A DNA stretch of 64,000 nt, taken from Vicugna vicugna. Taxonomy: Eukaryota. Shown here piece after piece: positions 37,084-50,395 of the stretch (position 1 is its first letter; the number at the start of each line of letters is the position of its first letter). Made by a program: the position numbers and the translations under genes. The stretch lies in NCBI GenBank assembly GCA_013265495.1, contig MU058213.1, positions 6,836,066 through 6,900,065 on the forward strand. Direction: 5' to 3'. The notes under the pieces are model-generated. The model did no database searches. It was not told where the DNA came from and saw nothing but the letters and a program-made list of their open reading frames with translations.

Positions 37084-39883
37084 ACTGGACAGAAGGATCA
37101 TCTTCCCTCTTAAGAACACATTTCTCTCTTAGTGGCTTTCCCACGTATTATATCTTTCAAAGGGCATCAGGGCAGGGGACACCCTCAAGTTGGAAAACAT
37201 GCCAAAGACCCAGCTGAGCAGTCTGGATCCCATTGGTGGGATTTTCCCAGGATGTTTTTATTGCTCTTACCAAGTCCTGTAGGTAGAGGTCCATTTAAAA
37301 AAGCCAGCTGGCAGGATTCTGCTTAAGCAAAGTGGGCTCATTTGGATGGGTCCCTCTCAATTAGCCACGTGCTCTAAGCCTTTGCTCATTTTTCTTTTGC
37401 TCTAAGGCTTCATTTTAAAAAGGTACATTTCAAAATGATAAATTAAGGAGGATAAAATAACCTTAAGTAAAAATAACTTCTGCATTTCCCAGCGTGCAGG
37501 AGACGGCATCTACATTCTTCCAGGGTGGCCACTGGACATGACCTTGGGCAAGGGAAGTTAAGGGAATGTTAGCAGGACCCCAAATCAGTTTTCCTCCTAC
37601 ACAAGAGAAAGTACTTCAAAAGAGACCAAAAGGCTTACAAAACTTCTCTCTTTGCAATAGAGATGCCTTCCCAATCTGCTCACTGTTCTTTCCCCCTGTT
37701 CCCTACTGGCAAGCACAGAAAAGATTCCTAACAAATTAGAGAAGAAATTGGCACTAAATCATCTAAATGTAGCATTAAGCCTTTTAGTTTCCGTTGACCT
37801 AGTAGGTGGGCCTAATTCATAAAATTTCATAATCCACTTACTGTACATTTGACCCAATCGAGATAAGAATATTAACATAGGATAGTGAATTTAAATGCAT
37901 TTAATTTGGAATATTCGCATCCCCTGGCCTAACGCCACAACTCATTCTTGCCTTTTCCTTTCTCCTGATCCCCAAGGGCTCCCATTAATAACCAAGAGGC
38001 CTGAGAAGCCCCATTTGTGCCACTGCGGCGAAGTATCCAAGATCCCATCTCCCCACAAACCAGCTGGCAGAGCAGCAGACAGCCCAGACACATCAGGCTC
38101 CCCACACCCCAAGCATAGCTCTTCATAAGTGCACGCTAGCTAGGCACCCTGCCTTTGAAGTGCTCACTGGCCGCATCAGGGAAGGGCTAATTTCCCTCCA
38201 CCTGATCAAGAGAGTCTTATCCAGCCCCTGGCTGACTCCACCCCTCCGCCAGATTCTCATCAGCCAGAAGAAGGAGAAAAAACTTCTGACTTCATCTTCT
38301 GATCTAGCCAGATGGTTGATAAATAAATAACAGAGCAAAGAGGAAAAACATACTTGCTTTCCCTTAATAAAACACTGACAGTGTATGCTATGGTCAAAGG
38401 AAATAGACAACTGTCAAGAGCAGACAAGAATTCACAGCGCAGTGGAAGGAAAGCCTGCGGGGAGGCATTCCCTCTCTGAGCCTTGGGTTTTCACTGCACA
38501 GAAGACTGGAGGCCATTCGGAGGGCTTGAGAGCTCGGGGGATGGGCTGCAGGGCAACTCAGGGCACTAAGCCAAAGCGAAACACTTCCACCCTCTTGGGA
38601 TGACACTGGTTTAGTATCCCCTAGAGCAGTGACCACCTGTAAACAAAATTCAAAATGGGAAGGACCTTTGTTTGAATGTAATGACACCCTAACACCAGGT
38701 GGATGGACTTTTTTTAGACAGATGAAACTGTGAGCCACCCTTTCAGACATTTCTGCTTCCCTGAGGAAGTGATGACTGAGCTGCATGAAAAGAAAGAGCA
38801 GAAGTTTGCCAACAATGAAACAAACAAACAAACAAAAAACCAGATAGCATTTATAGGCCAAAAAATAATTCTCCACATCTTACTGCACTTAATCCCCACT
38901 CGTAGTTAAGCACATAGTTACTGAGCTCCAGTTACATGCCAGAAGAGAGGCAGGCTTTGGATCTCCCTTTTAAAAGAGAAAGACTGGGAGCCCAAAAGAT
39001 AAAGTACCTGGCAGAGAATCACACTAACTAGTAATTAGTCAGGACCTCAATTTTTGTATTTCCACAAATGTCTTAGTGGCATTATAACTAACGATTTACA
39101 TAATTTCACGTAAATACGAATAAAATAACCTTTCGCCATTTACCAATTTCTTCCCTTTTGGAGGGTGGCGGGCACTGTGGAGCAATGCTCATTCACTTAT
39201 GTTATAGTCTCTGGATTCTTCCAATCTCTTCAGCTTATACATGATGGGGCACCCGGGTCACAGTATCACATTTTACATATGCTACAGTTCAGAGCCGTCA
39301 CTAAGCCAGGCCTTTGTCCCAGGTGTCCAGGCTTGACTTCTTATTGCATGTATCAAAGCTCAAAGATCATCCTCAGTGAATCTTAGGGTAAAACTCAACA
39401 ATATGGTTGGTTTATTAGGCAAGTGGACTCTCTCGTCATGGAACCAGCATCCTGGAGGAATGTGGCTGTGCAGAGGTGATGAGGCAGAAGGCTCTGTATC
39501 AGAGCACCTGGTCTCATGGACTCACATGGTGGACAGACCATGTTCTCTTCTAAAGTAATCCCAACACCTCGCTGCCAAGGGAGAAATGTATGTCGGAGTC
39601 AAAGAATTCAGGGACATGATGGGTTTTTCTGACTGTTAACGAAGTCCTCACTGATTACACCACCTATTTGGCTACACTTGCTCCCTAGGTTATGGTCGGT
39701 CTTCCTCTCAGCTCCTTCTGGGAGGCACCAGCATCTCTGCCGCTTACCATTCTGAATTGAACTTAAACCTTGCCATGCCAGGGAGGAATCATTCATAGTT
39801 GAGGCATACTTTATATTTTCCTGAATTTTAAAGTTTATCTTCTTGAGGCTGGGCCTCCAGAGCAATCAGGTAAAAAGATAAAA

Positions 39884-40309
39884 GATTTGCTGTAACATGG
39901 ATGGAACTGGCGATCATCATTCTAAGTGAAGTAAGCCAAAAAGAGGAAGAAAAATACCATATGATTATCACTTATATGTGGAATCTTAAAAAAAGACACA
40001 AGTGAACTCATTTACAAAACAGAAACAGACTCATAGACATAGAAAACAAACTATGGTTACTGGCGGGGAAAGAGGGGTGGAGGGATAAATTGGGAGCTTG
40101 AGATTTGCAAATACTAACTGCTATATATAAAATGGATAAACAAGATCCTACTGTATAACACAGGGAGCTATATTCAATATCTTGTAGTAACTTATGGTAA
40201 AAAAGAATATGAAAATGAGTATATGTGCATGGATGACTGAAGCATTATGCTGTACACCAGAAATTGACACAACACTGTAAACTGACTATACTTCAATAAA
40301 AAATTTTTT
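39884..40309 (+). mobile_element. L1 3' end (end of ORF2 plus 3' UTR)
   Basis: Contains 'atttgctgtaacatggatggaactgg...gactatacttcaataaaaaa'. TSD-like aaaagataa on both sides. Confidence 0.93.
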
Positions 40310-40609
40310 AAAAGATAATGCAAAAAGAACCTAATCACTGGCAAATGAGATGATTAACATCAGTCTCAGAATCAATGACTGGCTTCATTTTTATGGGACC
40401 ATTTATGATCTAAAATAAAAAAGCAATGTACATGGATTCAAATTCAGGGCTAATTTTAGAACAAAATGGACACACAACAGAGTCCTTTAAAGAAGAAAAA
40501 AATAGAACAACTAAGGAATCAATTTCTTAATTTCTGGCCCTTAAGAAATTAGGAAAAGAAACAAAGAGGAAATACTGATGTATCTACAACTGAAAGAAAT
40601 AGTTAACCA

Positions 40610-40860
40610 GCTGCATTTTCAGTTGAAGAAACTGAAGCTCAGAGAAATTAAGTGATAAGTTCCTAGTCCCTGAACTTTTTAATTGCAAGGACCGTATCCT
40701 ATTTACCTACTTATCCATCATCCAGCCCCAAGTCTCCCACACAGTCGTTGCTCAATAAATGTTCCATGATTGACAGCATAAATTAGTAGAGCTGGGATTC
40801 AGACACAGATCTATCTGACTCTAAGTCTCAGGTTCTTGCTGGTCACCATGCCACTTCCAC
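40610..40860 (-). mobile_element. MIR interrupted by an L2 3' fragment
   Basis: A MIR core 'gaagaaactgaagctcagagaaattaagtga' is followed by an L2 tail 'gctcaataaatgtt', then MIR resumes 'tagagctgggattcagacacagatctatctgactc'. Confidence 0.65.
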
Positions 40861-40944
40861 AGCTACAGTAATGAGAAAAAAACACTGAAATTCAGCTAGA
40901 CTACAAATAAAAATTTAAAAAGCACTATCTTCAGATTTTCTCAA

Positions 40945-41310
40945 TTGAATTTTGTAAACATTTATTGAACACCACCGTGCACTTAGCCACACATCATGGG
41001 AGGCACCAAACACGTGGAAGGCATGGTGTCTATGTTGGGAGACTTTCCATTCTAGCTGACAAAAAAAATCCAGATTATTTATAGAGGAGTTGAGTAAGCA
41101 TTTGGAAAGAAATGCATAAGCACAAGGGAGGCAGCTGAACTACATAAAAGAATGTTGGATTGAGTAAAAGAGAGGAAGCAACTTTTGTGGAGTGAGGTAT
41201 GGGACAAGCGTTCAAGGAGGAGGTGGAATCTTGCAGGGAGGTGAGAGAGTACTGAAGCTGGAGAAAGATGTGAGTGATGGTGTGTGAGGAGGATGGTGAG
41301 ACCCTGGCCT
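40945..41310 (-). mobile_element. L2 LINE fragment
   Basis: Contains 'aaacatttattgaacacc', 'gactttccattctagctg' and 'ggaggaggtggaatcttg'. Confidence 0.6.
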
Positions 41311-43109
41311 GATGAGGTCAGATTCTTTTTAAGGGGTAACAGTTCTAAACCAGAAAGGGAGAACACAGCCTTGATGCCCTGAATCACAGCCCAAGATGCT
41401 TGGGTTCAACCCTTGTCTATTCTTGAGGGAGCATCAGGCATACTTTGAGATGATGACTATGGCTGCACCACGCCAACAGGAAATTCCCAATACAGTTTTC
41501 AGTAACTAAGAGACTAAGGAATACAACGTTTGGGGCAGTAGCCAAGGAAGAACCCATCAGAGACAAATTTCTTCAGAGAACTTCAGTTACTGCCACTCAT
41601 ATATGTTCGTCTTCTGGATACTTTTTTCTTGACTTACACACGTCTTGGTAACATGAAGACGGGATCATAGCTTATTATTTCAGAAACAGGAGAGAAAACA
41701 CGCTTTGCAAGAAACTCAGCCAATTTCTTCTACCTTTGGGGGTTCTTGGGGGTATTATCTCTTTAGCTAGTGCACAGTCCCGTAATTACAGAACGTTGGT
41801 ACTGGAAGAAAACAGAAAGCGTAGCTCAATCCCCATACTTAAAAGTGAAGGTGTCCTTGACCCAGAAATGTTAGATGCCCTTTCAAGGTCACACAGTTAA
41901 TTAGAAGCCATTGAGTTTTATTTCCATGGGCCAGGGTAACAAGTGCTCTGTGTTTTCCCATAAACCAAGTTCAGTTCAGTAAATAACGTTTGCCCTTAAT
42001 CAGAGATACAAGCCACCACACAATAACTCTGTTGTCACACATCTTCTCCCTCCCCTGGAGTTTGATTCCAATTTCCCCTTTTTATTTAGGGCTTGAGGAT
42101 TACACCTTACTCATTCCTGTGGACTCAGCACTTAGTGTCACGTCTGACACATCACAAGCACCAGTATGTTTTTGTGGAGTTGAGCTGAATTTGAATCACA
42201 GGTTTTCATCCCTTGCTCTTGGGGACTTTTATGACATATTTTTTTAAAATGAAAGAATCATCAGATCATTAAACTGGAAGCAACGAGAGATTAACCCTTT
42301 TCCTACAAGTGAAGACACTGAAGCCGAAGGTAAATGCTGAATTCCAAAGACAGCCCTTAAGCTGGGCCCCAAACCACTTTCTCCAGATGACATGAATTAC
42401 TTTTTGGTGAAAAATATCATCATTTTCAATATTCCTATGTGGGACAGATTCCAGAGTATCAACTCTTTCAGGGGGACAAAATTCTTCAGAGTATTTTTGT
42501 GCATCTGTACAAAACTCACGGCTAACAAAGAGCATAAGGAAAGTCTTTGATGACCAAATGATTAAGTGACAATTTTTGGGAAGAATTTTCCACTGAGTAT
42601 GGGCTTGGGCTCATTTTAGAAACATCCTATTAGGAGGAAAAACTGATCCGGAGAGAGGCAATGACCTCAAAGCTGGAAAAAGGCAAGACAACTGAGCCAC
42701 AGACTTAAAGGACAAGAAGGGAACCTCCTTGTCCAAATCAACTGCTCTACTGTGTGCCTCAATCAACAGCAACACCCTTACCCCTGCCCCCGTGCCCACT
42801 CCCTGTGAGCTCCTGACCTAGGAGAATGTGAGCATGGGACCGGCTTAGGCCAAACTGTCACTGGAACTGAGACACAACACTCCCCGGCTGAATATGGTCA
42901 GAGCATCCTCTCCTAACACAAAGGGTTGGCCATTAATCCTTCCCAAGTGGAAGATCAAATAGGGGCTGCCCTGCAACGCTCTGCTGGTTTCATTCAAGTT
43001 CTTGATGGCTGTGGCCCACCTGGGGGGAGAGCCATGGGCTCGGTGGTTCTCGGGGCCACCTGATCAATGGCAGGGCACTCGCAGGAAGTCTGGTCCTTGA
43101 CCAGGAGGG

Positions 43110-43472
43110 AATACTCGTTTGTCCGGGCTTAGCTACAAAATACTGGAGACTGAGAGGCTTCAACAACCGACATTTTCTCACAGTTCTGGAGGCCGGAAGT
43201 GTGAAGTCAAAGGGTCGGCAGGTTTGATTTCTCCCAGGGCCTCTGTCCTTAAATTGCAGAGAACCCCCATCTTCCCACGTCCGTGAGTGGACTTTTCTCT
43301 GTGATGTGTGTCTCTGTCTCTCCCTCTTCTTTTAAGGACACTTGTCCCACTGGATTATGGCTCCACCCTTACAACCTCGTTTAACCTGAATTATCTCTTT
43401 CAAGGTCTGATCTTCAATCCTGTCACACTGGGGTTAGGGCTTCAACAGATGAATCTGGGGGGCACAGAATCC
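43110..43472 (-). mobile_element. MaLR solo LTR (MLT1B/C group)
   Basis: Contains 'ttctcacagttctggaggccggaagt', 'ccacccttacaacctcgtttaacct' and 'ggggttagggcttcaacagatgaat'. Confidence 0.9.
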
Positions 43473-44538
43473 AGAAGAAAGGCAGCCTCTCTTCTCTCCA
43501 GTAATCAGGGTGTCTCCTCGGAAGATTACTTACTCTCTTTGGCATTTTCTCCAAGAGACATCTGAAGAATCTAGACAGCCATGAGGAAAAATCACCTGCT
43601 AATCAGGAACTTAGTTCTGAAAATGGCAATGAAAAGGGGGGGAAAAGACAAAGAAAGTCACATTGCCGACAGGAGGAAAAAAGCCTTTGTGCGACACTCT
43701 GCAAGGTCAGAGGCAAAACACGCAGACACACAGAGGAGAAGAGGCGGGCTCCCAAGTCCTCCCCACAGAAGAGGGCCACTTGCGCGGCAGGTGCTGCGAG
43801 CACGCCTTGTCGGCCTGATTTACACAGGTACACAGAGAATGGTCTGGAGGCTGCGGGCCTGCTCCGCCAAACGCCCATGTGTGCATGAAATTAGAATGTC
43901 AACATCTGATTCATGCTGCCAAGCTGTGACTGTGAAACAAATTATGTCAGTGGGTGGCAATTGCAATATTAGTCTAAGCAGATAACATTTAACTATAAAG
44001 AGACCCCCAGGCCCCCATCTTCCCGCCTTCCGTCCATTATTATTTTAATATCAACAGTGTGAGAACCTAGACGTGATAAAATCTTGAGAAAAAGGAAGAT
44101 GCTTTCTGTGCAGGCCTGGGCCCTGCAGGCAAGGGCTCGTGGTCGGTCAAGGAATACTGGCTCCTTACCCTCTCGTTGGAACTCAGGAGTCAGGTAATGC
44201 AGTGATGGTTTTGACAAACCACCACCACCCACTCAACTGAGTTCAAAGTGGTGGTGCCGTTTGTGGGGTAATCTAAGCCACAATTAAATAATCCTCCTCT
44301 TATAAAGGAAGCCTTTGATTCCGGGGCAGAAGCTAGGAGATTTGTCCTTAAATGCATGTCAGTGTAAAGGAAGTGGTCAAGAGCCTTGAAAGGCAGGGTC
44401 AGCAGATTCTCCCAACTCCCCTCCGGAATTCCATACAAAGTCATTTCGGGAGAGTGAGGTCCACAGAGACGCTGAGGTGCAACCTGTTAGTGTCTCCTCA
44501 ACTGATTTAAGCTGGTGCCTATTTAAAATTCATTTTAA

Positions 44539-44751
44539 TAACTAATATACATAAAATAGACAAACAACAAGTTTGTAGTGTATAGCACAGAGAACTATAT
44601 TCAATATCTTGTAGTAACTTATGGTGGAAAAGGAATACGAAAACGAATATATGTATGTACCTACATGACTCAAGTATTGTGCTATATATGAGAAATTGAT
44701 ACAACATTCTAAGCTGACTATACTTCAATAAAAATATAAAAATAAATAAAA
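44539..44751 (+). mobile_element. L1 3' UTR fragment
   Basis: Contains 'tatagcacagagaactatattcaatatcttgtag...gactatacttcaataaaa'. Confidence 0.92.
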
Positions 44752-45224
44752 GCTAGAAGAGGACACAAAAGTAAATAAATAAAAACAAGTAGTAAGTTAA
44801 TTAATTAATTAATTGATTGATTGATTTTTAAAAATCCACTTTAAATTAACATGCAGTTGGAAATTTGCTGAGGAATTTCATAGAAAAAGTCAGGGCTTTG
44901 TGCACATGTGTTTTTTCTTTTAACACTTTCTCCGTGAAGCTATGGCCTCCAACTTAAACGTGGCCTCCAAGGTAACAATTTTCCCATGAAATGAGGTGCA
45001 CATGGTGCACATCTATCTCCCCTTGAGGCCCCCTGCTTTAACTAACAATATGGCAAAACATGAATTTGAAGTTCTATTCCATTACAAACACCCATGTAGT
45101 TAAAGTTAATGCTTTGAAAAATCCCACTTGTAGCAGTGAAATGTTTATAGAAGCAGCATTCACTTAGCAGTTGACCCAGGCCAAGATGACTGGCCACAGG
45201 GCGAATGTGCAGAAAGAATAGGTT

Positions 45225-45657
45225 TCCATCATCCATATATGTACGTATATTCCTTTTCATAATCTTTTTCATTATAGGTTACTACAAGATATTGAATAGA
45301 GCTCCCTGTGCTATACAGTAGGATTCTGTTGTTTATCTGTTTTATGTATAGTAGTTAGTATCTGCAAATCTCAAACTCCCAATTTATCTCTTCCCACTCC
45401 CTTCGCCCCCCCAACCCCCTGCCTCCTCCCGCTCCCGGTAACTGCAAGTTTGCTTTCATGTCTGTGAGTCTCTTTCTGCTTTGTAGGTAAGTTCATTTGT
45501 GTCTTTTTGTTTTTTCTTTTTTTGGATCCCACATAAGTGATATCATATGGTATTTTTCTTTCTCTTTCTGGCTTACTTCACTTAGAATGATGATCTCCAG
45601 ATCCATCTATGTTTCTACAAATGACATTATTTTATTCTTTTTTTATGGATGAGTAGT
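45225..45657 (-). mobile_element. L1 fragment (ORF2 end and part of 3' UTR; terminal part missing)
   Basis: Contains 'ctacaagatattgaatagagctccctgtgctatacagtagg' and 'cttacttcacttagaatgatgatctccag'. Confidence 0.92.
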
Positions 45658-46480
45658 TAGAATTCAATTCTTTTAAATAGATTTCCTATTTGATTTTCAT
45701 CAAATAGGGCTGGCGGGAGAGTGAGGGGGAGAAAAAAACTTTAAAATTTACCAAAGATTCTTCTGACACTGATTTTCTATTACTCCCTTATACCAGACAG
45801 AAAGCAATGCCACGGCAATATGATCAGTAGCTTGATTTCTGAAATTATTTGCCTGATTGGCATATTTCTCAAGACAATATTATTGATCATACTCCTTTCA
45901 TAGCTGGACATAGTATGATATAAACTCACAAAGGTTCAAAACAGGTTTCTCAAAACCAGACGTAGTAGGGCAGGTAGCGACAACATTTCAACTTTGTCTC
46001 CACTCCACGGTTTCATGAAGGTGGGCACCAAACCCACCCTTCTGGCCTCTGCCTACACGTGAAATCCCTTGGCTGAAATACCCTGATTGTCCGAGGGGTT
46101 TGTGAAAAAGCAGCCTCAGTGAAGGGTCTCTGAAACAGATCACTGGACAAGGGGGAGGTCTAAGGAAAAATGCCTGTTTGACTCACCAGTCCAGTCTAGA
46201 GCATTAGCCAGGGCTACTGATGCAGACATGTGTCCTACAGTTGCCACTCCAGCAAGAATTTCCACTTTGAAATCTCCGTCATCCTGAAAACACCCCTGGG
46301 TAAGGCCATATTTCCTTTTCATTCAGATGATGTCAGAGTCTGCCACGTTCACTCTCAAACCCTAGTGTCTTCACAGCCATCTAACGTATCCTGCCGTTCA
46401 TTTCAAAACTATTCACAGACCAAAGAGGGTATTTTCTCTTTATGGGGCAATTGCAGGCTTATAACTTCTGCATCCCCTGA

Positions 46481-46592
46481 GAACCACAGAAGAAAGTTGG
46501 TATTATCGTCAGCAGTGAGCTGTCAGATGCATTTAATGCTTTATTAGGAGAAGTAGGGACAAAACTGCTCTTCTCACTCACTCCAGGACAGC
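46481..46592 (-). repeat. Left arm of a 112-bp long-range inverted repeat (partner 56438-56549)
   Basis: Its reverse complement aligns ungapped to 56438-56549 with 100/112 identities by manual count. Confidence 0.97.
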
Positions 46593-49469
46593 AAAGTAGA
46601 TTTGGGTTCTTCACAGTGCCTGGAATTAACCGTATTCCTTCAGCCAGAGATGTACAAATCAAGAGATCAGAGAATGGAATAAACAATATTTTTGATGTAC
46701 ACAGATTATCAACATGAGAGGAATGACCGTCTGGTCACCCGGGGGGCTTATTCAGTTAACACTTCCACCCCTTAAAGACAATGGTGTGCAATCAATGCAT
46801 ATAGGGCCTTTCAGGCCCGTTGCTAAGTGATACGCAGTGTCAACAGAAAAATGCCGGATGTACAGAGGACAGCTCCCGGCCCGAGAGAGATCAACACCCT
46901 CTGATGATATTTTAAACTTAATTCAGTTCCCGATGAAGATTGTGACAGGTTCCGTGGCTAGAGCAGAAAAGATGTTTGCACTTCAAAATCCGACTTCGTA
47001 AAGTTGCTCTGCTGTGTGCAAAGAGTGTTTAATTTGGTCACGAGTGAATCCTGGCCCAAACAGTAGTTGGTTCAAATAGGAAAAGGCACCCAGCAGGGGT
47101 ATCTTGAATATTCATTTCCTGCAAGGCACAGCGGTCATCTTACACTCTCGGCGTCAGTATCAGAGCTGATCATTTGTCTCAGATTGTCTATGCGTGCTCT
47201 CATTTTTTCATCTCTAAAATCTATTTTAGGAACAGCCCCCTGAAGCCATTTGCAACAGCTTCTTCAGAAATTCTAAAGAAAGGAAAGAAACTTGAATAGG
47301 ATCACATCACCCCATACAACCATGAAAACCTGTTTTGTGGGGCATTCTTGAAACCAGCCCAGAAGCTCTTGAGAGTTTTTGTATTTATTTACCCATTTCT
47401 TTCTCTCCCTTCTCCTTCCCTCAATGGATTTTTATATTCAAATGCAAAAGATTTTCATGTGCACTAAAGACCCATTTATGTATTGGTTTAGAAGATCAGG
47501 CCATGATGTTGAGAAATGCAACTTTTTCATAAACAGATGTTTACAAATTCAGTCTTTGTACCAGGAAAAGCACACTCACCACAAAGGGCCTATTTTCCGT
47601 ATTTGAACACAAAAATCCCTTGGAAAAAACCCTCATGTCTCTAAAGTCCAGGAACCGTTAACCTCAAATACCTCGCCCCTCAAAGCCACCTAACCTTTAA
47701 AGCATTTTCCTAACGAGACACTGGCCGATCCTGCCTGTCCTGGTCTCCCAGGCCTGGAGAGTTGTGTCCACAAGAGGGTGGTGACAGGTACAAGCAATTT
47801 ATTCAATTCAGGATGCTCCATTCTCCGAGCCCAACACAAGCTTTTTAAGAGCCCCAGTCACAGAATTTTCAGCGGGCAGGTTTGTCCTCTTTTGTCCTCG
47901 AGGGTTTGGTCTGTTTGTTAAGCCAGTAAGAGCCCCAGAGCACTCTGTTTGGTGGGCTACAAACTCCTAAAGCGGGAGTGTATCAACGCCAGTGGGGGAA
48001 GGGGAGGGGCTGGCTTCGTGACATTTTTCTTCCTGTCTCATCCCACGAAGCTAATTTTATAGGGTTGTTCCTGTCATGTTGAAGCTACAGGTAGTGAGGG
48101 GGAGACTGAAGGCAGATAAAACCACACAATAGCATTCCCAGGCCTTGCTTCCTCGCCTCACTGAGGGTGGTTTTCTCTCACAGAGGCATTAAAGCATTGT
48201 CAGGGACTGGAGAGGCAGAGCACAGAAACCAGCCCACAAGGGACCACAGTGGCGTTCAGACCACCTGCCACCATCCTCCTAGTCCAGCCCTCTCCCCCTA
48301 CCAGCACTCTGCAATAAAAACCATGCACATTTTTCCAGAGTTTTCAAAGATGGAAAGTGAGGATGTGAGCCCTGGGTTGGCAGAATGAACAAGCAAGGTA
48401 ACGAGGACTCAGCAGAGGCCAGAGGTATTTCTGGATTAATGATCACGTCTGACTCCCGATGGAGGCTCTGTCTCAGCGCTGGGGCAAGGACAAGTGACTG
48501 CTGAGTGCAAGGCAGAAAGAATTTTGCTTTCCAGAATGAGCTGTGGAGCCACCAATAAACATTTATTCATTGAGAGGCGCAAAATGATTATTGATTAATT
48601 GAAGCTGTTCATGGAGAATGATCACAAGTTCTCTACAAAGATGAGCAAGTAGGAATGGGCTAGCATGTCTTCCTTAAATTTCTAATAAAATGAGTTAGAC
48701 CCTAACCATAAATTTATTCCAATAAGCAAATGGCTTTCTCTGTCTCTTCTGAACGTATCCAAAGCATCACACAGGAATTGGTGACCATATTTCAGTCGTG
48801 TTCAGCCTCAGGAAACGGCTGAGCCCTGTGGGCTATTTTAGCACCAACCTTATAATGTGGATAATGCTCTAACTTGGGGCATATCCTGGATCTCTAAATT
48901 TCTGTGTAGGTAAAAGTACTTTTTGTACCATCGTTTGTGACAAAGATCCTAGTTACCGCAGTTGGTTTATCCTGTGTGACGATGATGCCACCTGGAAGGG
49001 AGATGGGTTTTCTGCTTTCCCCTGCAGTGGCAAGGGACTGTGCTAAGCCATTCTTTCTCCTTGTCCCTCTTGTGGCCAACAGGCTACACTGAGAAACAGG
49101 CCATGAAGGCAAAGACCTCAGCAGCTACGGCAACAGAACAAAAGTGATAAGGCCACACTAACAGGAGCCTATGACGTAAAAGCTTTGCTGGCATGAGTGT
49201 TGACCGGCTGACACATCTGCTTAAGCCCAGCAGTTTTAGCAGGTAAAATGCTAGAGCATGCCACGAAACAACACAGCCCGAAGGAAAACAGCCTTGAAAC
49301 AAGTGCAAAATAGAAATTCGATGTTCTTCTATGTAAATATAGAGCCATGAGCACGTACAAATTCATTAAGCTATGAACTAAGCTAGGTTGTCTATTTCCG
49401 GAATTTCCCACCGATACACTTAATATATGTTGGCTCTTTGATCTACTTTCTTTTACACAAGATCACTGC

Positions 49470-49652
49470 TGATCTATGGGTGTCAGCCTTGGTTGTACAT
49501 TAGAATCACATGGAGAACTTTTAAAACTCTGCAGATGCCTTGGCTCCACCCCCAGAATGCTTCAACTGGTCAGGAGTAGAGCCTGAGCAGTGACAGCTGT
49601 CAATGTCAATGGTTGTTAAGTTCCCCCTGGTGACCAGGGGTTGAGAGAGACA
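49470..49652. mobile_element. MER5A DNA transposon
   Basis: Contains 'cagccttggttgtacattagaatcacatggagaacttttaaaa...gatgccttggctccacccccaga'. Confidence 0.8.
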
Positions 49653-50194
49653 GTCACAGATGATTAAGTGGAGGTAGGTGCTGACAGAATAAGCAGAATT
49701 CATGGGAGGAAACCCTAAAAGGGGGAAAACACCATCCATTAATTTCCCCTTTTTCTGTGAATGGAAAAAACAAAAGATACCACTCAATCTCAGCAGTAGA
49801 ACGTCTTTGTTTAGCTCGAAAATTAACGTCTATGAAGCTAGTTGAGACCCATTGACTTAAAGTGACTGGAAAGAGATCCTCCAGAAACTGGAAGGCAGTT
49901 CCAGGCCTTTTGTAGGAAAAGTGCCCAAGATAGGAGTCAAAACACTGGGGAAAATTGGGGGAAGGGAGGAGATGGGGCATCAGGAAAGGCTTCCTGGAAG
50001 AGGAGGTTCTTGACATGAGTCCGGAGGGAAAGGCTTCACAGGGAGCAGCTGTGAATAGGCTGAAGGCAGCTGGTGAGGTACAAGCAGGGAATCCCTTTTC
50101 CAAAGTTTAGGGCTCTTTTCATGAGAAAGAGAAGGAGTATTCCACCTTTTCTTCCTTTTCTACCATTCTTCTCATCTGCTTGCCCACCAGGAAA

Positions 50195-50395
50195 AGTAAA
50201 AAGCTAACATTTACTATTTATTGTGTGCCAGACATTCCAAGAGCTTTCTACTGAAATCCTTTGTGCTTAAATCACTTAATAGTCAAAATAATTCTATGAG
50301 GTAGGTCTTGCAACTATTCCTTTTGTACAGAGGGGGAAACCAAGGCAGAGAGAAATGAAATAACTCACTCAAGATCCGATAGTTGCTAAATGGTC
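50195..50395 (-). mobile_element. MIR fragment
   Basis: Contains 'gctaacatttac...ctatgaggtaggt...ttttgtacagagggggaaaccaaggcagagaga'. Confidence 0.8.

Noticed and set aside
39884..45657. Oppositely oriented L1 3' ends that could base-pair
   Set aside because: Ordinary members of an abundant family. Their complementarity is explained by common descent.
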